A program made the position numbers and the translations under genes. From Aestuariivirga sp. (lineage in GTDB: Bacteria > Pseudomonadota > Alphaproteobacteria > Rhizobiales > Aestuariivirgaceae), in contig NZ_OZ245771.1 in the NCBI RefSeq assembly GCF_965227715.1, positions 1,246,347-1,310,346 on the forward strand: a stretch of 64,000 nucleotides of DNA, given 5' to 3'. This document shows, in pieces, positions 56,189 to 64,000 of this stretch. The notes beneath the pieces are model-generated. The model was not told the origin of the DNA. It saw only the letters and a list, made by a program, of their open reading frames with translations, and searched no databases. Each line of letters starts with the position of its first letter. Within the stretch, counting starts at the first letter, position 1.

Positions 56189-58338
56189 TGAGCCGCATTC
56201 CGAATTTTGCCAGGATCGCGCTGAGCACATCCTCCGTGGACGGATGTTCGACCGGGGACTGGGAGACGCCTGAAGGCTTGCATGTGAAGTGCAGCTATGG
56301 GCCGGAGGACATGCGGGGCATCGACTTCCTGCACACCTGGCCCGGCATTGCGCCCTTCCTGCGCGGCCCCTACCCCACCATGTATACCACCCAGCCCTGG
56401 ACCATCCGGCAATATGCGGGCTTCTCCACGGCGGAGGATTCCAACGCCTTCTACCGCCGCAACCTTGCAGCGGGGCAAATGGGACTCTCCATCGCCTTCG
56501 ATCTCGCCACACACCGCGGCTATGATTCTGACCATCCGCGCGTTGCGGGCGATGTGGGGATGGCAGGTGTGGCCATTGATTCCATCTATGACATGCGGAC
56601 CTTGTTCGACGGCATTCCGCTGGACAAGATGTCGGTGTCGATGACAATGAACGGTGCCGTGCTGCCGGTGATGGCGCTCTATATCGTGGCGGGTGAGGAA
56701 CAGGGAGTGCCGCCTGAAAAGCTGCAAGGCACCATCCAGAACGACATCCTCAAGGAATTCATGGTTCGCAATACGTTCATCTATCCGCCCGCGGCGTCGA
56801 TGAAGATCGTATCCGATATTTTCCGCTATACCTCGGAGCGGATGCCGAAGTTCAACTCGATTTCGATTTCCGGCTATCACATGCAGGAAGCAGGGGCCAC
56901 GGCGGACCTCGAACTCGCCTATACGCTGGCGGATGGGCTGGACTATGCCAAGGCCGGCGTTGCGGCGGGCCTCACCATTGATCAATTCGCACCGCGGCTG
57001 TCATTCTTCTGGGCCGTCGGCATGAACTTCTTCATGGAAGTGGCGAAGATGCGCGCCGCGCGCATGATCTGGGCCAAGCTCATCAAGCGGTTTGACCCCA
57101 AGGACGAACGCTCCCTATCGCTTCGCACCCATTGCCAGACGAGCGGCTGGAGCCTTGCCGCGCAGGACGTGTTCAACAATGTGACGCGCACCTGTATCGA
57201 GGCGATGGCTGCAACGCAGGGCGGCACGCAATCGCTCCATACGAATTCGCTGGATGAAGCGCTGGCACTGCCCACCGATTTCTCCGCCCGCATCGCCCGC
57301 AACACGCAATTGTTCCTGCAGCAGGAAGCAGGCACCTGCAAAGTGATCGACCCATGGGGCGGCAGCTATTTTGTCGAGCGGCTCACCGCCGATCTCGCGG
57401 CGAAGGCGTGGGCGCATATCGAAGAGATCGAGGCGATGGGCGGGATGGCCAAGGCCATTGAGGCAGGGATTCCCAAGGCCCGCATCGAGGAGGCCGCAGC
57501 CCGCACCCAGGCGCGCATCGACACGGGCGAGCAGGCGGTGATCGGCGTCAACACCCATCAATCGGCGGATGATGCGGTGATCGACATTCTGAAGGTCGAT
57601 AATTCCGCCGTGCGGACGCGCCAGATCGAAAAGCTCGCGCGGCTTCGGGCGGAGCGGAATGAGGCTGAGACCCGGGCCATGCTGGCCAAGCTCTCAGCCG
57701 TCGCGCGCACCGGCCAGGGAAATTTGCTTGAGGCGGCGGTTGATGCCGCACGGGCCAAGGCTACCGTGGGTGAAATCTCACTCGCCCTGGAAGAGGTGTT
57801 CAACCGCCACACGCCGGTGATCCGCGCCGCCAAGGGCGTTTACGCCGCAACGCCTAAGGACAAGCACAAGATCGAGCGCGTGCGCCATGCCGTTGCTGCC
57901 TTCCGAGAGGCTGACGGGCGGGCGCCCCGGATCCTCGTCGCCAAGGTGGGCCAGGACGGGCATGACCGCGGCCAGAAGGTGATTGCCTCCGCCTTCACCG
58001 ACATGGGCTTCGATGTGGTGATCGGGCCGCTGTTCGCCACACCTGAAGAGGTGGCGAAGCAGGCAGTGGCGGAGAAGGCCCATGCCGTGGGCGTCTCCAC
58101 CCTCACCGCCGGGCATCTGACCCTGGTGCCCTTGCTGAAAGCCGCACTCGACAAGGCCGGCCGCTCAGACATCATGATCGTGGTGGGCGGCGTCATCCCG
58201 CCCGAGGATGTGCAGACGCTGCTCAACATGGGTGCTGCCGCCGTGTTCCCGCCGGGAACCGTGATCCCCGACGCGGCACTCGCCCTGCTGGAACAGCTGA
58301 ACCAGAAGCTCGGCTATGCGCAACGGGCCGCAGAATAG
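56185..58338 (+). CDS. scpA: Methylmalonyl-CoA mutase, B12-binding large subunit
   Basis: [43 protein letters not shown]12 motif GQDGHDRG. Confidence 0.96.
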   Translation: MMSRIPNFARIALSTSSVDGCSTGDWETPEGLHVKCSYGPEDMRGIDFLHTWPGIAPFLRGPYPTMYTTQPWTIRQYAGFSTAEDSNAFYRRNLAAGQMGLSIAFDLATHRGYDSDHPRVAGDVGMAGVAIDSIYDMRTLFDGIPLDKMSVSMTMNGAVLPVMALYIVAGEEQGVPPEKLQGTIQNDILKEFMVRNTFIYPPAASMKIVSDIFRYTSERMPKFNSISISGYHMQEAGATADLELAYTLADGLDYAKAGVAAGLTIDQFAPRLSFFWAVGMNFFMEVAKMRAARMIWAKLIKRFDPKDERSLSLRTHCQTSGWSLAAQDVFNNVTRTCIEAMAATQGGTQSLHTNSLDEALALPTDFSARIARNTQLFLQQEAGTCKVIDPWGGSYFVERLTADLAAKAWAHIEEIEAMGGMAKAIEAGIPKARIEEAAARTQARIDTGEQAVIGVNTHQSADDAVIDILKVDNSAVRTRQIEKLARLRAERNEAETRAMLAKLSAVARTGQGNLLEAAVDAARAKATVGEISLALEEVFNRHTPVIRAAKGVYAATPKDKHKIERVRHAVAAFREADGRAPRILVAKVGQDGHDRGQKVIASAFTDMGFDVVIGPLFATPEEVAKQAVAEKAHAVGVSTLTAGHLTLVPLLKAALDKAGRSDIMIVVGGVIPPEDVQTLLNMGAAAVFPPGTVIPDAALALLEQLNQKLGYAQRAAE

Positions 58339-58361
58339 AGTCCTGAGAAGCGGAATTGCCT

Positions 58362-58388
58362 TTCCCTCCCCCTTGTGGGTAGGGGGAA
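58362..58388 (+). repeat. Degenerate REP-like hairpin between convergent genes
   Basis: TTCCCTCCCCCTTGTGGGTAGGGGGAA. Confidence 0.45.
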
Positions 58389-58403
58389 TAGTGGCCTCGA
58401 CCT

Positions 58404-59366
58404 TTAGAACCTCACCTTCGCCATGGTGGCGCGGTGGTCGCTGGGCCAGGGGGTGACGACGATGTCAGCCTCCGGAGCCTTCTCCCCCACGATCCCTGCG
58501 GACAGCACGTCGAGCTTGGGCGCGCGTGCGAGGGCGAAGTCGATGCGGTCGTGGTGGTCGTCCTTGGCGGTGGGCTCAGACGTGGGCGTCCAGGTGAAGC
58601 CGGGCTTCGTGGCGGGATCGGGGTAGATGGCGCGGAAGGTATCAACGAAGCCCTTCTCCTCAATCGCCATGACCGTGGGATAGGGCACGGCGAGCGGCTG
58701 CAGCCCGGCCTTTACGGCGCTGTCCGTCCAGTCCCTGTGGGACGGCTCATTGAAATCGCCGAAGACGAAGGCGGCATCGTCAGGGCCCGCGGCATCCATA
58801 TCCGCGAACAGCAGCTTCAGCGCGGGGCCGCGCGTGTCCGCAGCGGCCTTGACTGCCTCTTCCGGTGTCTTGAGATAGGGATAGGGTCCATATTCAATGC
58901 CGAGAAGCTGGTAGGGCTGATAGGGCGAGTCATCCAGGTGGATGTTGAACACGTGTACCTTGCGGCCGTTCACGTCGATTGAGACGCCCAGATCGTTGGG
59001 GGTTGCCGGGCCAATCGGATAGCGGCTCAGGATGGCATTGGCCCAGAGCGCATCATTGACCTTGGTCTGATCGTAATAGTGATAGCCCAGGGCTGCGGCG
59101 AGCTTTGCGGCAACGCTCTCGCCCTTGGGCGGGCAGATTTCCGCCGTGCACGGATCACCCTCAAGCCGCGTTTCCTGTACGCCGATGATGTCCGCGCCCA
59201 CAGCCTTGATGGCGGCGGCGGTCTCATCCACAGGCTTACTGTCATTGGCACCGCCGCCATAGATGTTGAAGCTCATGATGGTGAGCTCCGTCTGCTGCGC
59301 TTGTGCAGCTGCGGCCCATGGCAGGGCTGCGGTGAGAATCGCTGTGAGCAGCAGACGTCGTTTCAT
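58404..59366 (-). CDS. Exported endonuclease/exonuclease/phosphatase (EEP) family protein
   Basis: Signal peptide ending AQA; MSFNI, GVQE, HLD, GDFNE, RIDF, SDH motifs. Confidence 0.9.
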   Translation of the reverse strand: MKRRLLLTAILTAALPWAAAAQAQQTELTIMSFNIYGGGANDSKPVDETAAAIKAVGADIIGVQETRLEGDPCTAEICPPKGESVAAKLAAALGYHYYDQTKVNDALWANAILSRYPIGPATPNDLGVSIDVNGRKVHVFNIHLDDSPYQPYQLLGIEYGPYPYLKTPEEAVKAAADTRGPALKLLFADMDAAGPDDAAFVFGDFNEPSHRDWTDSAVKAGLQPLAVPYPTVMAIEEKGFVDTFRAIYPDPATKPGFTWTPTSEPTAKDDHHDRIDFALARAPKLDVLSAGIVGEKAPEADIVVTPWPSDHRATMAKVRF

Positions 59367-59416
59367 GGTGAGCTCCCGTGATGCCGGCAGAATGGCCACA
59401 GAATGTGACGCTTGGC

Positions 59417-60394
59417 TTACAGCTGCAAGCCCCTCACCTCGCCCACCTCCAACTTTCGCCAATTGGAAAGTTCATGGTGGCGGAAGGAGTGGAGTGTGGC
59501 TCGCTCCTCCGGCGTCCAGCAATCGAGCCCGGAGAGAACGGAAGCGATTGCCACCTCTGATGCGCGCGATGCGCCATCATCGATTTTAAGGGCGACGCCC
59601 AAGCCTGCATGCGGAATGCAGGCGCAATAGACGCCTTCCGCCCCGGTCTTGATGAAGAGGCGGGGAATGGCCTCCATGATGCGCGTATCGAAATCACCCG
59701 TGCCCGCCACCATGAAGGGATGCGCCCTGACCGCTTCGATGATGCGGCGGCCCGCGGCAAATTCCGGGTTGGAGAAGCGCGCAAAACCAAGCGCCATGTT
59801 CTTCAGCGGAATGGCCCAGGTGGGCACCGAGCAGCCGTCAATGCCAACAGGCTGCTGGCTCAAATCAACGTCACAGATGCGGCCCATGGTCTCGGCGATC
59901 AGGCGCTGGACCGGATGGTCTGGTGCCGTGTAGCCATGGGGATCAGCCCCCAAGTGCCGGGCCAGCGCAAGCATGCCAGCATGCTTTCCGGAACAATTGT
60001 TGTGAACGGCAGCGCAGCTCTCGCCATGGCGGAGGAGCGCGAAGCGGGCTGTTTCATCCCCCGGCCAATGGGCGCCGCATTCATAAAGGCTCTCCACATT
60101 TCCGGCCTTGGCGAGGATCGCGCGCGCCACGCGCACATGCTCAGGCTCGCCATTGTGGGAGGCACAGCACAGCGCAATTTCTTCGGGCGTGAGGCCAAAT
60201 TGATCTGCAGCACCACTCTCGATCAGGGCCAGGCACTGGAAGGCTTTGACGGCGGAGCGCGGAAAGACAGCGGCGGCAATGCCGCCTTCGGCTGCCGTCA
60301 CGTGGCCAGATACATCCACCACCGCATAGGCGCCGCGGTGGCGGCTTTCGACCATGCCGCCGCGGGTGACTTCCGCAATCACGGGATTGATCAT
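59417..60394 (-). CDS. L-asparaginase, Rhizobium-type (class 3)
   Basis: ESRHRG, RSAVKAFQ, CCASHNGE..H, NNCSGKH, DGCSVP, KTGAEGV; start MINPV. Confidence 0.88.
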   Translation of the reverse strand: MINPVIAEVTRGGMVESRHRGAYAVVDVSGHVTAAEGGIAAAVFPRSAVKAFQCLALIESGAADQFGLTPEEIALCCASHNGEPEHVRVARAILAKAGNVESLYECGAHWPGDETARFALLRHGESCAAVHNNCSGKHAGMLALARHLGADPHGYTAPDHPVQRLIAETMGRICDVDLSQQPVGIDGCSVPTWAIPLKNMALGFARFSNPEFAAGRRIIEAVRAHPFMVAGTGDFDTRIMEAIPRLFIKTGAEGVYCACIPHAGLGVALKIDDGASRASEVAIASVLSGLDCWTPEERATLHSFRHHELSNWRKLEVGEVRGLQL

Positions 60395-61626
60395 CGGTTC
60401 TTCTCCAAGCTTGCTGCCCGCTCCGGCGCGGCCGCGAAATACCATCCATAGGCCACGAACTGCGCCACCAGAAAGATGCCGATCGCCCAGCTATAGCCTT
60501 GCGGGCTGTAGCCCGTGCTGCTCCCCGGGAACAGCCCGATGATGAGGCCCACGAGATATTGCGAACCGAAGGCGCAGATGAAGAGAGTGAAGTTGATGGC
60601 GGCATTGGCGCGTCCCGCCACTTCCCGCCCGAGATGGGATTCAAACCATGGATAGGCCAGCACAGCCACTTGCCCGAAGGCCGCCACGACCAGCCACGCA
60701 GGAAGGGCGAGAGACGTGATGCGAAAGACGATGATCACCTGCGCGAGAAAGTAGAAAATGTTGAAGCCGAGCATCACCTGCACGGGTGAAATGCCGCGCC
60801 GGCCCAGCCTGTCCGCGATCACCCCCACAGACAGGATGCCGACCATGAAGGCGATGGCCAGATAGAGGAGATGGCGCGCCACCTCCTCGCGCGAGAGGCC
60901 CATCACATCGCGGAACCAGGGGCCGGTCCACAGAGTCTGAATGCCGATCTGGACGCCGGAGGTGAGGCCAAGCAGCGGTGCGATGCGCCAGAAGGTGGAT
61001 GATTTGAGGATGGCCAGCATCTGGCCGAACTGGGTCTTGAGAGGTGTGGCTTCCCTGATCGTATCGGCCCGCGGGGCGGCGGCGAAGACGAGGATTGCCG
61101 ACAAAAGGATGACGGCAGCAAACACCGCAAAGCTGCCGCGCCAGCCTATCAGCCCCACGAGAAATTCCGTGGGCTCGCTTGCCACCACCATGCCGAGGGC
61201 ACCAACGGACATCACCGCCGTGTTGGCCAGCGAGCGGCGCTCGGAGGGAACCCAGGTGGCGGTCGATTTGTAGCTCGCCATGAGGCCGGCCGAGAAGCCC
61301 AGGCCCACCACGGCGCGGGCGATGAAGAGCACCAGGAAATTGGGAGCAAGGGCAAATCCCACACAACCAAGCGCGGCGACGATGAGCAGCGCCGACTGCA
61401 CCTTGCGCGGCCCATAACGGTCCAGCAGCACGCCCAGCGGCAGTTGAAACAGCGCGAAGGCACCGAGATAGGCTGCCGTCAGCAGGCCCAGCTCGGCAGG
61501 TGTGAGGGAGAGATCGGCCACCAGATCCGGCGCCACGACGGCATTCACCGCGCGGAGCAGGTAGGACATGAAGTAGCCGATGGCAAAAGGCAGCAGTGCG
61601 GACAGCACGAGGCGGAGGCGTGTCAT
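60391..61626 (-). CDS. MFS transporter
   Basis: About 12 hydrophobic segments; GVLLDRYGPR and ADRLGRR motifs. Confidence 0.92.
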   Translation of the reverse strand: MTRLRLVLSALLPFAIGYFMSYLLRAVNAVVAPDLVADLSLTPAELGLLTAAYLGAFALFQLPLGVLLDRYGPRKVQSALLIVAALGCVGFALAPNFLVLFIARAVVGLGFSAGLMASYKSTATWVPSERRSLANTAVMSVGALGMVVASEPTEFLVGLIGWRGSFAVFAAVILLSAILVFAAAPRADTIREATPLKTQFGQMLAILKSSTFWRIAPLLGLTSGVQIGIQTLWTGPWFRDVMGLSREEVARHLLYLAIAFMVGILSVGVIADRLGRRGISPVQVMLGFNIFYFLAQVIIVFRITSLALPAWLVVAAFGQVAVLAYPWFESHLGREVAGRANAAINFTLFICAFGSQYLVGLIIGLFPGSSTGYSPQGYSWAIGIFLVAQFVAYGWYFAAAPERAASLEKNR

Positions 61627-61742
61627 GGTTGCAACACTCTCTTCGCAATTCCCCGCTAAAGCAACGCTGCGAAAAATTCACTTGTGAATCGCGCGGAACG
61701 CCTTATGTGCGCGCCTTCACTCTTGCCTTGGGGAACACGACC

Positions 61743-62480
61743 GTGATCCGACGCGCCCTTGCCTTTCAGCACATGGATGACGAACCGCCCGGCCTGTTCG
61801 GCCGCTTTCTGGCGGAACAGGGCGCAGAGCTTGATGTGGTGATGCTGCACAAGGGCGAGGCCATTCCCTCGCTCGCACCCTATGATTTCCTGCTGGTGAT
61901 GGGCGGGGCGATGGATGTGTGGGAGACGGGCTCCCACCCCTGGCTCGTTGATGAAGTGGCGGCGATCCGGGAGTGGACCTTCAACCGCAACCGCCCGTTC
62001 ATGGGCGTGTGCCTCGGCCTTCAGCTTCTGGCGCAGGCGCTGGGCGGGGAAGTGGGCCTGGCATCGGCGGCAGAAGTTGGTTTCGGAAAGGTCGAGCTCA
62101 ATGCGCTGGGCCTGGCCCACCCGCTGACGCAAGGGGTGCCCTCGTCAATCAAGGTGATGCAGTGGCACCATGCGGAAGTCACCCGTGTGCCGGAAGGAGC
62201 CGAGGTGCTCGCCTCTTCCGCGGTGAGCCCGGTGCAGGTGATGTCCGTCGGCAAGGACATTCTCGCCACGCAGTTTCATGGCGAGCTTACCCCTGCGCTG
62301 ATCGACCGCTGGGCGCATATTCCGCAATATCTTTCCTGGCTGGACCAGGCGATGGGGCCTGGCGCCTATCAGCGCGTCAAGGCGCAGTCCCGGCTGCAGC
62401 TGACGCGGACGGAACGGATCAGCCGTGCCATGTTCGAGAACCTGGCGGTGAACCGGCGCAGCTTCCGCGCTGCAGCGTGA
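61743..62480 (+). CDS. Class I glutamine amidotransferase-like protein
   Basis: EPPG, MGGAM, GVCLGLQL nucleophile elbow, QFHGE; GTG start inferred. Confidence 0.88.
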   Translation: MIRRALAFQHMDDEPPGLFGRFLAEQGAELDVVMLHKGEAIPSLAPYDFLLVMGGAMDVWETGSHPWLVDEVAAIREWTFNRNRPFMGVCLGLQLLAQALGGEVGLASAAEVGFGKVELNALGLAHPLTQGVPSSIKVMQWHHAEVTRVPEGAEVLASSAVSPVQVMSVGKDILATQFHGELTPALIDRWAHIPQYLSWLDQAMGPGAYQRVKAQSRLQLTRTERISRAMFENLAVNRRSFRAAA

Positions 62481-62668
62481 GCTTAGATCACCACTGGTGA
62501 GTAGTTCTGCGCTTCGCTTTTATGCGAAGGGTAAAACATCTTTTCCCTTCGCGAAGTTGAGAAATTTACACATCTCAATATGTCCGCCATTCTCCGCTCC
62601 GGCTGGCAGAGTGCGTGCCTGAAAGGCGTGACATCTGACAACTGCGTAACAGTTGCCAGGAGGGCAAA

Positions 62669-62974
62669 GTGATTGAACTGAAATCGAAATCCAAGACGGA
62701 GAAGAAGGCTCTCGACGCGGGATCCACGCGCGCGAGGCTTGATGCGCTGCTGAACAAGGCCTTTGATCCCGAGGTGATCGGCGAGCACCGGCTGCACCCG
62801 GTGGAAACGGCCCGCTTCATTGCAGACCAGGCCCGCAAGCTCCGGCTGGCGGCGATGCGCTCAGGCCACACCGGCCTCGTGTGGATGATCGAGAGCGTCT
62901 ATTACGAAGCCTATACCATGGGCTGTGCGCGCCAGGGCCTCGAGGTCGAACCGGCCGGGACCAAGCGAAACTAG
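62669..62974 (+). CDS. Hypothetical protein (101 aa)
   Basis: Strong AGGAGG SD before GTG; helical FIADQARKLRLAA..G...L.WMIE...EA segment. Confidence 0.6.
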   Translation: MIELKSKSKTEKKALDAGSTRARLDALLNKAFDPEVIGEHRLHPVETARFIADQARKLRLAAMRSGHTGLVWMIESVYYEAYTMGCARQGLEVEPAGTKRN

Positions 62975-63906
62975 CCGACGAGGCGGTGGCCGGCCTTTGA
63001 CTGCGCCAGATTTGAGCCTCCTGCCAGGGACCCTGTCAGGAGGCTCCTTGTATCAAGCCACTGAATGTGGCTCTGCCCGGCTTCCGCCTGCGCCTGCGTC
63101 AGCCGCGCCACGATCGGATCCAGCGAGGGATCGGAGCGGCTGACCGTTCCAAGGTTCGCAAGTGTATTGCGCGCAAACTTCTCAGTGCCCAGATAGTGAA
63201 GAATAACCGTCGTGGCCATCTGGCTTTCGGGCCCTCGCGTGAGGGCAAGGCCGGTGTAGTAAACGCGCCCGGCAACGGGTTCCGTCTGGAAGGAAAGGAT
63301 GCTTGGCTGGTGAGGCGGCAAGGTGTTGCTGCCGATCAGGAAGGTTTCCCGGGATGCGGATACCACGATCCCCTGATGCTTGGCACGCGAGGCAAAACGG
63401 TCTCCACCATCGCAGATGTTGAAATGCGTGCGGCGGACGAATGTCATCCGCCCGGCCTGCATCTTCAGTGTAATCAAAGAGCGCAGCAGCAGGTCCGATG
63501 ACGGGTGGAGCGGAAAATAGCACTCGAAATGGCCCGACGGCAGTGGCGCTGGCCGGGCAGGACGGGGTCCGCGGCACAGCCATTCGCCCGCGTCTTCCAC
63601 ATCCGGAAGATCCTGACTCTCCAGATCGATTGCAGCCAAGGTATTGTAAAAGCCGTATCCTGCCTGAGGGCGCGCCTCTACGGGCTGATTCCCATGAACA
63701 TTCGCATTCCCTGAGAGCATTTGCTCTTCACTGACAGCGAGATAGTGGCAGATTTTTCGCATGTTGCGGGCGCTGGGGTAGGCCTGCCCCGCCAAATATT
63801 TGTTGAACTGCTGCCGGTTGATCCCGGTGCCTTCGCAGACTTTTGAAATTGACGGAAACTTGGCACATTGCCTGCGCAGTTCGGCCGAAAAAGCACTTAC
63901 GATCAT
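62971..63906 (-). CDS. XRE-family HTH regulator with an uncharacterised C-terminal domain
   Basis: SISKVCEGTGINRQQFNKYLAGQAYPS.RNMRKIC. Confidence 0.82.
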   Translation of the reverse strand: MIVSAFSAELRRQCAKFPSISKVCEGTGINRQQFNKYLAGQAYPSARNMRKICHYLAVSEEQMLSGNANVHGNQPVEARPQAGYGFYNTLAAIDLESQDLPDVEDAGEWLCRGPRPARPAPLPSGHFECYFPLHPSSDLLLRSLITLKMQAGRMTFVRRTHFNICDGGDRFASRAKHQGIVVSASRETFLIGSNTLPPHQPSILSFQTEPVAGRVYYTGLALTRGPESQMATTVILHYLGTEKFARNTLANLGTVSRSDPSLDPIVARLTQAQAEAGQSHIQWLDTRSLLTGSLAGGSNLAQSKAGHRLVG

Positions 63907-63971
63907 CGTCTGCTATCCGCTGCTGAATACGTATTCAGCGAAAAACCTAGACGATTCCCGGAGAGGTTGCC

Positions 63972-64000
63972 ATGAGGAAATTACCTATCTCAATAGTCGT
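63972..64000 (+). CDS. 5' end of a gene truncated by the window edge
   Basis: GAGAGG SD then ATG (MRKLPISIV...), divergent from the XRE gene. Confidence 0.4.

Noticed and set aside
59430-59455. CCCCTCACCTCGCCCACCTCC as another REP copy
   Set aside because: It lies inside the asparaginase coding end and lacks a partner arm
1-64000. tRNA, rRNA, IS transposase, integrase or intact prophage
   Set aside because: None recognised; the intergenic gaps are short and accounted for, although an automated scan was not possible

Overview
High-GC alphaproteobacterial chromosome segment with Hyphomicrobiales/Rhizobiales-like gene content and synteny, mostly core genes. In order: the C-terminus of a PleC/DivJ-type kinase; an ECF sigma/anti-sigma/EF-hand module; glnE; a two-component pair; degP; ccmIEFH; a C1 block (soxBDAG, metF-like, GlxA-type regulator); a PepSY/FeuP/FeuQ-like operon; LysR plus fdsGBA-fdhD-fdsD formate dehydrogenase; a PBP1A-DUF1214-DUF1254-DUF1491-sufE-DUF6456-mucR-DUF2336 region rich in CtrA-like, LexA-like and GANTC motifs; msrB, ptrB, gcdH, sodB; an HTH-fused ribB; a RimK cluster; methylmalonyl-CoA mutase; a class-3 asparaginase; and an AT-richer accessory end. 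I recognised no rRNA, tRNA, CRISPR array, integrase or IS transposase. Two candidate undescribed systems stand out. (1) A Cro/XRE-HTH::RibB fusion (49175-50452) sits directly behind a perfect 9-1-9 palindrome that overlaps a probable leaderless promoter, suggesting riboswitch-free autoregulation of flavin synthesis. (2) A small GIY-YIG nuclease gene is enclosed by perfect 30-bp REP-type inverted repeats (19048-19428) with a third copy beside it, a REPtron-like arrangement with GIY-YIG in place of RAYT. Also notable: a C-rich twin-hairpin (cuckoo-like) RNA after degP, an orphan promoter/terminator unit, and an unannotated holin fragment. All family assignments come from motif recognition by eye; no database searches were run.
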